Assembly (NCBI GenBank): GCA_951406725.2
Contig: OX597827.1
Coordinates: 17,856,001 to 17,920,000, forward strand
Origin: Octopus vulgaris
Lineage: Eukaryota
Length of the DNA: 64,000 nt
Direction: 5' to 3'
Made by a program: the position numbers and the translations under genes. How positions within the stretch are numbered: the first letter of the stretch is position 1; every line of letters starts with the position of its first letter. The notes under the pieces are model-generated. The model made no database searches, was not told the DNA's origin, and saw only the letters and a program-made list of their open reading frames with translations. Shown one piece after another: positions 42,847-57,216 of the stretch.

Positions 42847-43119
42847 CTCTTTGTCTTTAAAATTAGAATGCGGTGGAGGTAGCGAAATAATAAATCTACG
42901 AGATGAAACTTTCTAACATCGGTTAGGAAATAAATTGAAAAATATCCAAAATAAAATAAGGAATAACAATTTCTTCTACCTTGTGCACAAATTGCTTATA
43001 CCAGTTCCTCTCTCTCTCTCTCTTTGAGAGAGTGTCAGGCAATTTCAACGATACCAATATCTGATTGGTCACTTGATTTTATCGACCCGAAAAAATTGGG
43101 CATGGCGTGATTTTAATTC

Positions 43120-43508
43120 AGTCAAGTTGTGTGTCTGTCTCCTACGATTTAGATTCGTAACTACTCCCACATTTTGCGGTGCAGTTTAACCAAAACCGGG
43201 TATCTTATAGTCGGGATTCATATCGAGCCCTTCTGGGTATTAGCGCGGGTCTACGATGAGTCAACGATTTTAAAAAAAATTTAACATCATTTTTTTTCCA
43301 TTTTAATGCATTTTTTTTCGCTATTATATAAGGGAAGTAACTCTCTAAAAATGTCTACGATGAGTCAACGATTTTTAAAAAGATTTACCATCATTTTTTT
43401 TTTCCATTTTTAATGCATTTTTTTGCTATTTTTTGGCTATAACTCTCTAAAAATGCTTATATAGTTATTTCCCTTACAAACCCGAACAACGCCGGGCGAT
43501 ACTGCTAG
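43120..43508 (+). mobile_element. Same Helitron family, 5' end clipped
   Basis: Near-identical to 50590-50974; cccg...cggg hairpin plus CTAG|T. Confidence 0.88.
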
Positions 43509-43620
43509 TAAATTATAAAAGACTTCCTTTTTTTATATATTTTGCTGAATTCCCTATCCACTTCTCTTAGAAATTATGACGACCAGCACAAGGGGTCTTA
43601 ACCTGGGAGATACAGTGGGA

Positions 43621-43950
43621 GATCCCCTTCGGTCATGAATGACCATGGGATTGCACTCAAAAAGTTACCCTCCGAGGTACAAGTCCGGGCAAGGTTGTTT
43701 ATAGAAGGCCAGCAGTCGCCCATGCATACCAGCCTCACATCTCCACGCCACTGATGTTATCCAAGCCAAAGGCAAAGGTCGATACAGCTTGGCACCTGTG
43801 ACGTCGCAACTCATTTCTACAGCTGAGTGAACTGGAGCAACGTGAAATAAAGTGTCTTCTTCAAGAACACAACACGCAGCTCGGTCCGAGAATCGAACTC
43901 ACAACCTCACGATCGTAAGCTCGACGCTTTAACCACTGAGCGACGCGCAT
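43621..43950 (-). mobile_element. SINE family D
   Basis: Homology to 19262-19598. Confidence 0.88.
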
Positions 43951-44268
43951 TAACGAGAGATACAGTACTAATATTTTAATTATATTTTCAATGAAATAGC
44001 CTTGTCGTGATTAAAATATGTTAATCTTTAAAGAATAAGTAATATGTTTCATCATCAGTAAGCAGAAACAAGGGTTCTGGTGTGGTTTGCTCCAATACCA
44101 GCATACATAGCCACAAGCGCAGGGGTTCTTAATCTGGGCGGTAGAATACTTATTTGTTAAATGCATTTTCATTAGAATATCTTTGTTGGGATTAAAATAT
44201 GAGTAATGCACTGTGTTCTGTTTCCTTTGAGCAGAAACAAGACTGTTGGTGTGCCTAAGCCCAGTATA

Positions 44269-44651
44269 GTGGAGGCGCAATGGCCCAGTGGTTAGGGCAA
44301 GGGACTCGCGGTCGTAGGATCGCGGTTTCGATTCCCAGACCGGGCATTGTGAGTGTTTATTGAGCGAAAACACCTAAAGCTTCACGAGGCTCCTGCAGAG
44401 GGTGGTGGTGAACCCTGCTGTACTCTTTCACCACAACTTTCTCTCACTCTTTCTTCCTGTTTCTGTTGTACCTGTATTTCAAAGGTCCAGCCTTGTCACA
44501 CTCTGCGTCACGCTGAATCTCCTCGAGAACTACGTTAAGGGTACACGTGTCTGTGGAGTGCTCAGCCACTTGCACGTTAATTCCACGAGCAAGCTGTTCC
44601 GTTGATCGTATCAGCTGGGACCCTCATCGTCGTAACCGACGGAGTGCTCCT
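44269..44651 (+). mobile_element. tRNA-derived SINE family C with 13-bp TSD
   Basis: A box tggcccagtggttag, B box gtttcgattcc; TSD ctaagcccagtat at 44255-67 and 44653-65; partial copy at 7820-8010. Confidence 0.9.
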
Positions 44652-44766
44652 ACTAAGCCCAGTATCATTTCAATGCATAATTCCCAGCCTTCTGGGCATT
44701 TTTTGTCTGGTTGCTTAAGTATTTTATTATTTCTTTGGGAGGGATAGGCGAAATAAAGATTAATTA

Positions 44767-44893
44767 TAGGCGTAGGAGTGGCTGCGTGATAAGTAGCTTG
44801 CTTACCAACCATATGGTTCCTGGTTCAGTCCCTCGGGCCGACCAATGCCTTGTGAGTGGATTTGGTAGACGGAAACTGAAAGAAGCCCGTCGA

Positions 44894-44930
<37 letters not shown>

Positions 44931-45150
44931 GGTAATAGTTTGTGTGTCTGTGTTTGTCCCCACCCCCAACATCGCTTGACAACCAATGCTGGTGTGTTTT
45001 AGTCCCCGTAACTTAGCAGTTCGGCAAAAGAGGCTGATAGAATAAGTACTGGGCTTACAAAGAATAACGTCCTTCGGTCGATTTGCTCGACTAAAGGTGG
45101 TGCTCCAGCATGGCCACGCTCAAATGACTGAAACAAGTAAAAGAGTAAAT
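44767..45150 (+). mobile_element. SINE family A
   Basis: Homology; small internal deletion. Confidence 0.9.
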
Positions 45151-45389
45151 GGGTATAAAAGAGTGTATATTTAAGGCATTGCATAAAACACTTGTAAAGG
45201 CTCTCCCTTTTGAACTAAAGGTGCAGTTCGACCAACGATCTCCTACACACAGTTTCCGACTCCCCAAATTCGCTCACAAAACTTGGGTCGCAGTAGAATC
45301 AAACCCAGGACCTTATGCTTGCAAACGGTACTTATTAGCCCCTCAGCAATGCCGTTCCACAACACACACACACGCACATGCACATATGT

Positions 45390-45445
<56 letters not shown>

Positions 45446-45467
45446 TTTATTCTATCCATGCTTGAGG

Positions 45468-45798
45468 AACTCTTTACTCTTTTACTCTTTTACCTGTTTT
45501 AGTCATTTGACTGTGGCCATGCTGGAGCACTGCCTTTAGTCGAGCAAATCGACCGAAGGACTTATTCTTTGTAAGCCTAGTACTTATTCTATCGGTCTCT
45601 TTTGCCGAACCTGTAAGTTACGGGGACGTAAACACACCAGCATCAGTTATCAAGCGATGTTGGGGGGAGGGACAAACACAGACACACACACACATATACG
45701 ACGGACCTCTTTCAGTTGGTCGGCCCGAGGCTATAGTAGAAGACTATACTCGGAACCACGTGGTCGTAAACAAGCTACTTAACACACAGCCACTCCTA
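45468..45798 (-). mobile_element. SINE family A, inverted relative to 44767-45150
   Basis: Homology; internal deletions. Confidence 0.88.
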
Positions 45799-45867
45799 AT
45801 GATACAGTGGAAACTTGTCATTATATAGTTTTCTTCTCTCTCCGTTACCTACCATAAAGGAAACGAT

Positions 45868-46174
45868 GTTGTTTGTTCCTTCCCGAGCCATGCCTGGCTC
45901 ATAAGGGCCGGTTTCCCGGTTTCTTGGCGCATAGGTTACCCACCTGGACGGGACGCCGGTCCATCGCAGATGCAAGATGCAAGATGCAGGAGGAAAGAAT
46001 GAGAGGAAGTTGTGGCGAAATAGTCAGCAGAAGTTCACCATTACCTTCTGCCGGAGCCGCGTGGAGCTCAGGTATTTTCGCTAATAAACACACACATCGC
46101 CCGGTCTGAGATTCGAACCCGCGATCCCTCGACCGCGAGTCCGCTTCTCTAACCACTAGGCCATGTGCCTCCAC
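45868..46174 (-). mobile_element. SINE family C variant
   Basis: tRNA-like head; same body as 49141-49449 and 57217-57452. Confidence 0.88.
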
Positions 46175-46762
46175 AAAGTAAACGAAGTAATTCAATGTGT
46201 AATGATTCTTGACTACTCTGAACTGAAAATATCCAACAACATTGAAATAGCAGCTGTGTACGATTACTGACAATTCTGTGGTCATTCAATACGGCAAGAT
46301 GTTGCTGAAGTGAATTTCGCTTCTATTTCTAGCTCGACAAGTGACACAGCAGGCAAGCCGCCTACTTTCTTGTTAGTTGCTCAACGCTGAAACGATTTGG
46401 TCGTTCAAGTTCTTCCTTCCCGATAACGTTTCGCTGATTAATATTTAAACCATCCAATGCTTTATGAGATTGGCTCTAATAAAGCACGTCATATCGGAAG
46501 CTCGGGTAGGTAAACAGCGTAATAAATAAAAGGTAGAAACCGTCCAGAGGAAGTCCGTGCAGTAATAATGCTAATAATGGCAAGTATGGGGGGGTGATGG
46601 TGGTGGTGGTGGTTTGGGGGGGGGGTGGAAATTATTTCCTTACATTAATTTACAGACAATATTTCATCATAAACATTACAGCGTTAATTACGACAGATAC
46701 CTGGTATCTAGCTCTCCACACACACACACGCATATGTATATATATATATATATATGTATGTA

Positions 46763-46862
<100 letters not shown>

Positions 46863-46897
46863 TATGTATGTATATATACATATATATATATATATAA

Positions 46898-46972
<75 letters not shown>

Positions 46973-47061
46973 TATATGTATATAAATTAAATAATAAAAC
47001 ATATGCATATATACATACGTATATGTACGTACCTACCTCTACATGTATATATACACGCATA

Positions 47062-47360
47062 TATGGGTACAGGACATCAAAAAAACGTCGAACACAATGA
47101 GAAACGAAAACATAAGCACAAAACGAAGGAAATGGACATTTTTCTTAAACAACAGAAAAATAGAGTACAGGACATACAAAACAAGGAAAATTCCCCTTCT
47201 TCAGTCGCCATGGTTTCATCTACTCTACGTTTCAAAAGTGAAGGTGATACGCATCTTCGATAGAAACTTTCCTTCCCGCGAAAAGCAAATTAAATAAAAT
47301 TTGAGATCTTTTTGCGGAGGGGGAAAAATGGTAACAAAAACAGGACAGTAACAACAGTAC
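47062..47360 (-). mobile_element. Probable TA-inserted pLTR-like repeat
   Basis: Bounded by TA-rich tracts; T-rich body on the minus strand like P1/P2; degenerate GAAACGUA motif near 47225. Confidence 0.35.
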
Positions 47361-47567
47361 ATATATATATATACATACATACATGCGCGCGCACACACGC
47401 GCGCTTGAAGCTTGAATACATTATTTTATGCGTCAAACAGTTTCTTACAACTCGAGAAAGAGCAGCTTATTCAAGTGCTTAGAGCCTTAAACCAATAGCA
47501 AAGACATAGTAAATGCTATCATCTCATAGTCTTTTCAGAATGGAATTCAAAATAACTCTTGCTATAG

Positions 47568-48237
<670 letters not shown>

Positions 48238-48575
48238 TAGATTGACAGATAGATAGATATACCGATCAAAGACTCTTCCCAAACCATAAGTTTAAAAGGC
48301 TGGTCTCCCGGATTCATTGGACAGGCTACCAGTCCATCGGAAGATTACTCAATTTTGAGAGCGGCGTTGAGTGGAGCAACGTGAAATGAAATGCCTTGTC
48401 CAAGAACACAATGCATTGTCCGGGCCAGGACACGAAACCACAATATTACGATCATGTTCCAACACCCTGACCACTGAGCCACGCGCCTACACACACACAC
48501 ACACACACACACACAGGCAAACATATATGTATATATACATGTGTGTATATATATGTATATACATATACATGTACA

Positions 48576-49025
<450 letters not shown>

Positions 49026-49140
49026 ATATTCATACATACATACGCGTGCGCGTGCTTGTATGTGTGTGTGTAACTTGTGGAACGGTGTCGTATCTACGAC
49101 TAACATACTTAGCTTTTAAATATCTCACTTTACTCAAGTT

Positions 49141-49449
49141 TTTTTGTTTGTTCCTTCTCGAGCCATACCTGGCTCATAAGGGCCGATTTCCCGGTTTCAT
49201 GGCGTGTAGGTTCCCCAACTGGACGGGGGCGCTGGTCCATCGCAGGTGAGCTGCAAGATGCAGGAGGAAGGAGTGAGAGACAGTTGTGGCGAAAGAGTCA
49301 ACAGAAGTCTCGCCATTACCTTCTGCCGGAGCCGCGTGGAGTTTAGGTGTTTTCGCTCATAAACACACACATCGCCCAGTCTGAGATTCGAACCCGCGAT
49401 CTCTCGACCGCGAGTCCGCTTCTCTGACCACTAGGCCATGTGCCTCCAC
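49141..49449 (-). mobile_element. SINE family C variant
   Basis: Homology; flanking ttac(t/c)caagtt repeat. Confidence 0.88.
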
Positions 49450-49868
49450 TTACCCAAGTTAGGTTTTGTAAGTTTCACTGCGGAGGTAATTGCCTTCCGT
49501 AATCTCGAATTGCTTATGTATTGCCATTTACAACACGAACATCTTGAATGGTATGTCTAACACACTATTCAGTGTGACATGGCTATTTGAAATTTGAGTG
49601 CATTTAGCGGAGTTTCTCCCTTTTTGAACGGAAGCATTGTCTGTAAGTCTTTCGTAATGTTATTAGTCATTAGATACTCAGTCCCGAGCAATCTCCGCAG
49701 CATCCCGAACCAAGGACAGCTAACAAATATTATGGATACTCTACCGCTATCTACTCTTTGTCCTCTTTCTTCTCTGATTTACTAACACATAGAAATGATG
49801 CAAAGCTTCACAGTAAACTTTCTTTACCAGTCTTGACTTCTTATTCAAACCCCACATTTAAAAGTTCG

Positions 49869-50291
49869 GGATCTTTTCGGTTTGAACGGCAGTTTTTTCT
49901 AGCGGTGTCATATGAAATCGTCACCCATAATTATGACCCTAATATCGATCTATTGCATTCCAATCTCTTTTAGGGTTTGGGTTAGGGTTAGGGGTGGGGA
50001 AAGGGTATCTTTTTTTTCTTCAGAAATGTAAATAAACCCAATCTGTTTCTTAAACGAGAGACATATTCGTACGGCACAGAATGCTTTTTACCTCAATAGA
50101 CATATTTGATTGGTTTAAATCGCAGAAATTGCAGAAAAAGAACAACAAATATCTTACAAACTATAGATTTTTTTCAATAAAGCCAAGAGAAAAAGATGTT
50201 TTATAAACACATTCTAGCAGTATACGAAGTTTAAAATGTTTTAGTTACCTAGAAATTATGTTAAAAACTGCCGTTCAAACCGAAAAGATCC
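49869..50291. mobile_element. Non-autonomous TIR DNA transposon with 8-bp TSD
   Basis: 29-bp TIR ggatcttttcggtttgaacggcagttttt; TSD aaagttcg at 49861-68 and 50292-99; internal TTAGGG repeats. Confidence 0.93.
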
Positions 50292-50575
50292 AAAGTTCGT
50301 GTGCACAACAAACCATCATGTGTCGAAAACTGCACACACAAATTATCTGCGCACGTAGTTTATCATGGTCAGTTGAACCTTGAGCACATTTAGTGGAGTT
50401 TCACCATTTTTTAACGCAGGCATTAGTGCCACGTCTTTTTTAAATGACATTTGCCTTCGGTTATTCAGTCCTAAGCAATCTTTAGATGTTCAGTTCTTTG
50501 CAATCTCCGCAATATGACAAATCAAGGAGAGCTTACAAAGGTCACGGGTTCATTCTTTTTTCTCCACTGCCTTAA

Positions 50576-50974
50576 TCTTTATATATAAAAGTCAAGTTGT
50601 GTGTCTGTCTCCTACGATTTAGATTCCTAACTACTCCCACATTTTGCGGTGCAGTGTAACCAAAACCGGGTATCTTATAGTCGTGATTCATATCGAGCCC
50701 TTCTGGGTATTAGCGCGCGTCTACGATGAGTCTACGATTTTAAAAACAATTTACCATCATTTTTTTTCTATTTTAATGCATTGTTTTCGCTATTATATAA
50801 GGGAAGTAACTCTCTAAAAATGTCTACGATGAGTCAACGATTTTAAAAAGAAATTACCATCATTTTTTTTCCATTTTTAATGCATTTTTTGCTATTTTGT
50901 GGCTATAACTTTCTAAAAATGCTTATATAGTTATTTCCCTTACAAACCCGAGCAACGCCGAGCGATACTGCTAG
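50576..50974 (+). mobile_element. Non-autonomous Helitron
   Basis: A|TC start, subterminal GC hairpin (cccgagcaacgccgag), CTAG|T end, no TSD. Confidence 0.88.
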
Positions 50975-51619
50975 TATTTATATAAAAAGAACGCGACGCT
51001 TTAGAGAAAACGCTGGCAATTTTCTTGGCCTGTCTTGACCTTACATTCGAACCCCGAATTAAATAGGTTGCGTTCACAACAATCCAGCACGCGTTAAAAT
51101 CTACACACCCGGAATAACTACCGTCTACTTGACATTTCCCCTGGCCTCGAGAGATAACAATAAGAAAGAACATACATTTTTTTTGTGACAATTTATCTTT
51201 CTTCTCTCTCTCGCTTTATGACCGATCTCCTTGATTTGGGAAGAATTCTATATAAGGTAATCCTATTATCAACTAATGTTCCTTCTCCTATCTTGTTTTG
51301 TTTAATGCTATATAATGTAATATTGTTGCTATGGATCTCTGCTCTAAATGTAATAACAACTAGAACTTATCCGGATTATGAGGTCACGATGAACCAAGAA
51401 GTGTCAATAGATCTGCTCCAAACAAAATATAAAAGACGAATAAGTATATGAGTAATATCTTTACAAGTATCCTTAAAAATTGTATAACATAGGAGCGCAG
51501 TTGGAGTTTTATACTGTACACATTCAATAAAAATTATATTCATCTCCTACGTATATAGATACACGTTCTAGCGCAGTACCCATAAAAAACGACGGCTAGT
51601 TTGATTGTGCAATACATTC

Positions 51620-51965
51620 TGAGACCCTCTTCGGTCACGACACAGACCATGGGATTCCACCTAGAAAGTTACCCTCCGAGGTAACAAGAATGTATTGCAC
51701 AAGGTTGTTTATGGAAGACCATCAGTCGCCCATGCATACCGGCCTCCCTTGTCCACACCACCAGTGTTATCCAAGGGAAAGGCAAAGGCCGATACAGCTT
51801 GGGACCTGTGACGTCGCCATTCATTTCTACAGCTGAGTGAACTGGAGCAACGTGAAATAAAGTGTCTTACTCAAGAACACACCACGCAGCTCGGTCCAGG
51901 ATTCGAGCTCACAACCTCACGATCGTAAGCTCGACGCTCTAACCACTGAGCCATGCGCCTTCACT
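51620..51965 (-). mobile_element. SINE family D with TSD tgcaatacatt
   Basis: Homology; TSD at 51608-18 and 51967-77. Related partial copies at 35099-35335 (+) and 48345-48489 (-). Confidence 0.88.
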
Positions 51966-52832
51966 ATGCAATACATTATGCAAACACAAATTATGCATAA
52001 TTGTTTCTAAAACAGTGGTGTATCTGGTAAGCATTGGACTTCGAGAGAAGACCACCATGGTAGTGAATAACCGAAAAGGAAAGGAATTTGAAGATTATTT
52101 TATCATGGATAGTAGACAGGCATGAAGAAGAATGATTGAAAATGCGCTCACAGAAAAAACAATTACAGCAATACACACGAAATTTTTAGGTTTTTATACC
52201 CAGATAACGTATATACTGATAATAATGGGAGCGTTCGAGGTCATTAATAAATGTTTAAGTGACAATCTGAAATAAGCAACTAGCTTATACGCACATTACG
52301 AATACAATCCGTAAACAAGACAATAAAAACACTGGAGACTGTCCTCAAATTCAGCATGGAACATTGTTTTCGATATCTACATTCCAACAATGGAGCTTTG
52401 CATCTTTGTTAGAAACCAGCTCCTTCTTTACAGGACGACTTTAATTGATAAATGACAGTAGAGGACACACGTACATACATTCGTACATCCAGATTTAGAT
52501 ATAAAAGATAAGAGGGGTTTTCGTCGGGGTGATTCAAACTAATGTGTATGTGCTCTAAGAGCTCAAATTGGTATGCTACTAAAATTCCGGTTTGAACTGC
52601 AGTTGAAGATGTGATTTTGTGACTGCCTTTTCTAAAGCGACTAGAAGTGGGTTCTCCTTGAGTCGGTAGGTATATGTTAAAGCAGATAATATAAGGCAAA
52701 CAGTTTTGCTAGACTTGATAATGACATTTAGTTTAGCTTTTATTATATATCTAAATTAAATGTCTTTATCAAGTCATGCCGAACTGTTTGCTTTATCTTT
52801 TCTTCATTAATCTATACAGACATAGATATATA

Positions 52833-53118
52833 CATGGTGGCTGACCCCTCGTTATCGAGTATGGCCATTGCACGAAGCTTAATCATTGTTGTTATCGTGC
52901 AATGCCTGTGCAAGAAGATTTTTTTTAAAGTGAGGAAAGGCTGTGCACTGAGTCAATCCCACTCACTAAGCAACAGCATCCATAATCCGAAAAGAAGAAC
53001 AAGTCAACATCATTGGTAACCACTGAGCTGCAGATTTTATGTCGGAGTTATCCCAGTTACCTGAGTTACCTTCTCCTAGAAGGATGCCCTAACAAAGGCT
53101 AGGAGACCTTCACTCCCA
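52833..53118 (-). mobile_element. RTE-related short element sharing the 3' tail of 15385-15592
   Basis: ctcgttatcgagtatggccattgcacgaagcttaa is the reverse complement of 15545-15579. Confidence 0.55.
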
Positions 53119-53124
53119 ATGGTT

Positions 53125-53240
53125 TAACCGCGCGATCAGGTATTCAGTCCGATTATTTCTATGTCCCCGCGCATGATACAGCCTTAATACATTTATTGGA
53201 TAGCCGTTGACTCTCAAGAGTTCTTCCGCCCTTTGATATA
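53125..53240 (-). pseudogene. Penelope-like RT thumb fragment, inverted
   Basis: QRAEELLRVNGYPINVL, the typical PLE NGYP motif. Confidence 0.55.
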
Positions 53241-53404
53241 TACATACACACATACATACACGCGGGTGCACATACACACGCACGCACACACGCACACACA
53301 TACACACACACTCACATACGCACACACACATGTGTGTGTGTTTATGTGCGTTTGTGTGTGTGTGTGTATGTATTAGTGTAGTGTAGGTTGAGTGATGATT
53401 TGTG

Positions 53405-53860
53405 AGGTATTTAAAGTTAACATTGTTCAAAATCCGTAAAATGAAATATAAGCGTGAAGACAAAAGGAAGACAGATCAACAGTCTAGCTTATAGTTCGAA
53501 ATTTCGGGGAAAATAGCATCTCACCCCAAGGAAATGAGCGTGGTGGTGTCCAACTAGTATCGTTTGCTCAAATATGTTGGGGGTGAGGAATAACCAATCT
53601 ACATCTTGTGCCAGACAATCTACAGCAAATATAGCACATAATAGAAGAACCATCCGAAAGGTATATATCCGCATCAAAGAGAACATACATGCAAAAACAT
53701 CACTGAAAAATCCCTAGGAAGTTCCAGTCCCTGGAACCTTACAATTACCTTCAAGGCAATAGACCGTAACATTGGTAATTTGAGCATCAAGGAAGTCATC
53801 CTCATTAGTGAACTGAACCTATCAATCAACAACATGCGCAACTTATCAACTGGTTATTGT
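53405..53860 (+). pseudogene. Decayed Penelope-like linker and GIY-YIG endonuclease
   Basis: PIYILCQT...GIYPHQREH...NLTITFKAIDRNIGNLSIKEVILISELNLSINN, matching the Penelope EN C-terminal LxIxExxxIxxxxPxIN pattern; several stops. Confidence 0.7.
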
Positions 53861-55733
53861 AATAATACCATTCTGTAATAATACCATGTCACAAACTCCT
53901 TCCTCTATAACTGAGCATAAAAGCTCGACATGGACCAACATCGCCAATTTCTTTCTGGCTTATATGAGTGTTGTTGTTTACACCTAGATCAGCACAGAGT
54001 ATGGCCTTGACTATCCTATCTTTTATTCAGAAAAAGCGTATCTAAGACTACATCATGCAATGTATCCATGCTATGTGTTAAAACTGCAGGGTGTTAATAA
54101 CTTTTAAACATAATTTTACATTAGAACTTTTAGCTAATTCATAAACTTTGATTCGTATTCCTGTAAGTAAGAAAGGGGCGGGAGGAAAGGGAGATAAAAT
54201 ACAAGAGATAGAGAAAGAGAATGAGGAAGAGCGAAAAAGGGAAAAGAGAGGAAAAGAGATTCGACCATGACTTTACAGGTTGTTGTGTAAACCCTCCGGG
54301 TAGCTCAAATAGAGCCGGTCTAGTATGAACTCAATTAACCACAAGTGGTGCTATTAAATAAAACATGGCCTTAGAGGTTGATGGTTGAAACCTATCTGAT
54401 GTTTTATGATGTTAAGCAAATATACAGCCGCAGAATTAATTAACATTTGTAAACTTATATAAGTTACTGTGCCGCGAGGAAGGACAACTTCCAATAAACA
54501 CGCAGAAATGAAGTTTGAAGAGTACAGATAATTAGTTCGACATATGAAGTAGACGACATGTTCTGCATAGTGCTATGCCTTGTGTCTTAGAGTATTTAGC
54601 AGTGTTCCTTTACTATTATCTAATTTTTAACCCGCTTATTATCGTCCCAAAATTTAAGGCCCCTGCGTCCAAGAAACAACTAAAACACCAGTAAAGTATT
54701 GGAGTTGTTCTAACTCATATCTGCTACCCGCCTCCACCATTGTGTGGGATCCTTTGTTCAGGATACGTTTAACATATATGATTAAAGTAACATTAACCGT
54801 TGACTTCATGCTTTCTTCTCTTTACCGAAAAATATGATTAGTTTAGTTGGAACTTAGCTTTTCTCACATCACAACTGTAAATATAATAGCACCTAAATCG
54901 ATTTTATGTTAATATACTTCTAAAATGATTTGGTATTCCTTTCATAATAATTTGATAAAAGTGAGCAGAATAAATATAAAAATTATATATTGAACTGAAA
55001 AATTCTAATTCGGAAACAAACAGCGCTGTACGTACATTGTATTATATGTATGTGTACATAACTGAAAGAAACATCGATTACGAAATTCCTATGAAATTTC
55101 GATGTGATATATAGATATACAATACAAATTTTCAAAAATGAAGTCCGAATGGAGAATGTTTGTAAATAATAAAAAAAAATAGAGGATAAAAATGACAAAG
55201 ACAAAGCTTTAAGTATATAGAATCTCTAAAGGAAATAGAGGCTATAAACAAAGGAAGGCTAGAAAGAGAAAGAGAGAGAGCGAAGGTAGGAAACAGAAGA
55301 AGAAAAGGGATACAAATGCAAGACGTGGCAACGAATATGATTGCTTTGCGATTAGCGTGTTGTTGGAATCTTCGATAATTAAAGAAACCTCAAAACCACA
55401 TTCTGATAAAAATAAATAATTCCTGCTAATTAATAAGCTGCTTTCTCCATTATTGCATACATATATACATATATGTATGCATACACATACATACACACGT
55501 ACACGCACGCACACACACACTGTGCATACACACACACACTCGTGCTTACACACACTTACACACATATATATATGTAGGTATAGGTAAATAGATGTATGTA
55601 TATATATGTATATTTATATGTTTACACACACACATATACATATATATGTATATGTATGTATGTATATATATATACGTATATTTATATGTTTACGCACACA
55701 TACATATATATGTATATGTATTATGTATGTATG

Positions 55734-55794
<61 letters not shown>

Positions 55795-55914
55795 GTGTAT
55801 ATTTATATCCGTGTATTATGTGTGGGTCTGTAAAACAGCCATCCAGACAATGGCTTAGGCAAATCACTTCAAAACATATACTTCATAGGCTAGTGTAATG
55901 TATTGTATACTTAC

Positions 55915-55977
55915 AGTCGGTATCAGATGTAGCTCAGTCCAACGTTCGAAGAAAGAAGCACATTCGTTGAGTTTATA
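55915..55977 (-). CDS. BTBD16: BTBD16-like protein, internal exon
   Basis: Acceptor tttgttttgtag|, donor |gtaagt; 63 bp, phase 0 to 0. YKLNECASFFERWTELHLIPT vs recalled [21 protein letters not shown]. Confidence 0.9.
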
Positions 55978-56345
55978 CTACAAAACAAAGGCAAAAAAAG
56001 CAAAAACCCGAGTTTATTATAAAACATTGACATAAGCTTATACAAATGCATATAATCATATAATTGTATCTGACAATGGTTGCCAATATAAAACATGGTT
56101 ACTTTATTGTATATTTCGAAGACTATGTCGACAGGAAAATTATATGGATACCAATGCTTGCATGGGACAACTTTGGAGCTTATTTTATCGAGCCAGGAAG
56201 AGTAAAAGATAAATTTGATTCCTTCGAGAGATTAGTGCCTAAAACAGCAAAGATCGAGAGTAAATAACGTGGACTATACTCTCACCGCCACTCTTCACAT
56301 TCTATCAATTCATCGCCTTCCTATTGTTTATTAATGTTTCTACAC

Positions 56346-56389
<44 letters not shown>

Positions 56390-56429
56390 TTGCATATATT
56401 TATATATATATATAAATATATAATATATA

Positions 56430-56695
56430 TAAATTGAATAAGGGTAGAAATTGATATTAATCAATTAAAACCAGTGGCCTAGCATATTAAAAAAATCTGA
56501 AGATTAAAATATTTTTACATACAAAACTTAAAGGACTGACCACTAAAAGTGGATGGTCAACATGCTAGATATAGACGTCAAAATCGCTATTTTCCACGAA
56601 GAACACATTCTTCGTTGAAAATATCGATTTTGACGTCTATATCTAGTATGTTGACCGTCCACTTTTAGTGGTCAGTCCTTTAAATTTTGTATGTA
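56430..56695 (-). mobile_element. (TA)n-inserted fold-back element, family F2
   Basis: Arms at 56516-56603 and 56608-56695, loop caca; F2 terminus on the left. Confidence 0.65.
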
Positions 56696-56722
56696 TGTAT
56701 ATATATATATATATATATATAT

Positions 56723-57129
56723 ACGTTTAAATATTTATTGTGCAAGATTTTTTATGTGAAGTCGTGTGTTGAAACAGATATTGTTATATTTCGGAATGGT
56801 CATATTGCCAGTTTAGCCAATAAAAACACACGCACTATATATTTGGTGTCATTTTGCTTCAATGATATTTATTTTTTACTTTAATCTTAATCTTATTTCG
56901 GCCAGAGTTCTTTCGTCACACTCCTGTGACCGCATCAGTGGTCCTTTGTTTTCTTCTTTCTTATTTGTTTGTGTCTTTCCTTACTAACCGTCAGCCATTT
57001 TGTATTTCTCTGGCCGAAATAAGATTAAGATTAAAGTAAAAAATAGATATCACTGAAGCAAAATAACACCAAATATATAGTGCGTGTGTTTTTATTGGCT
57101 AAACTGGCAATATGACCATTCCGAAATAT

Positions 57130-57136
<7 letters not shown>
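56723..57136 (-). mobile_element. (TA)n-inserted fold-back element with hammerhead-like motif in the spacer
   Basis: 129-bp inverted arms at 56779-56907 and 57008-57136 with a 100-bp spacer. Confidence 0.7.
56900..56944 (-). ncRNA. Hammerhead-like motif (A9 to C variant) inside a fold-back element
   Basis: GGACCA CUGAUGC G GUCACA-GGAG-UGUGAC GAAA GAAC UC UGGCC; 6-bp stem II, minimal stem III, imperfect stem I. Confidence 0.6.
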
Positions 57137-57201
<65 letters not shown>

Positions 57202-57216
57202 ACATATGCAAATTAG

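Noticed and set aside
44270-44345. tRNA genes (also heads at 7825, 46100, 49375, 57217)
   Set aside because: These are tRNA-derived SINE heads continuous with repeat bodies and TSDs.
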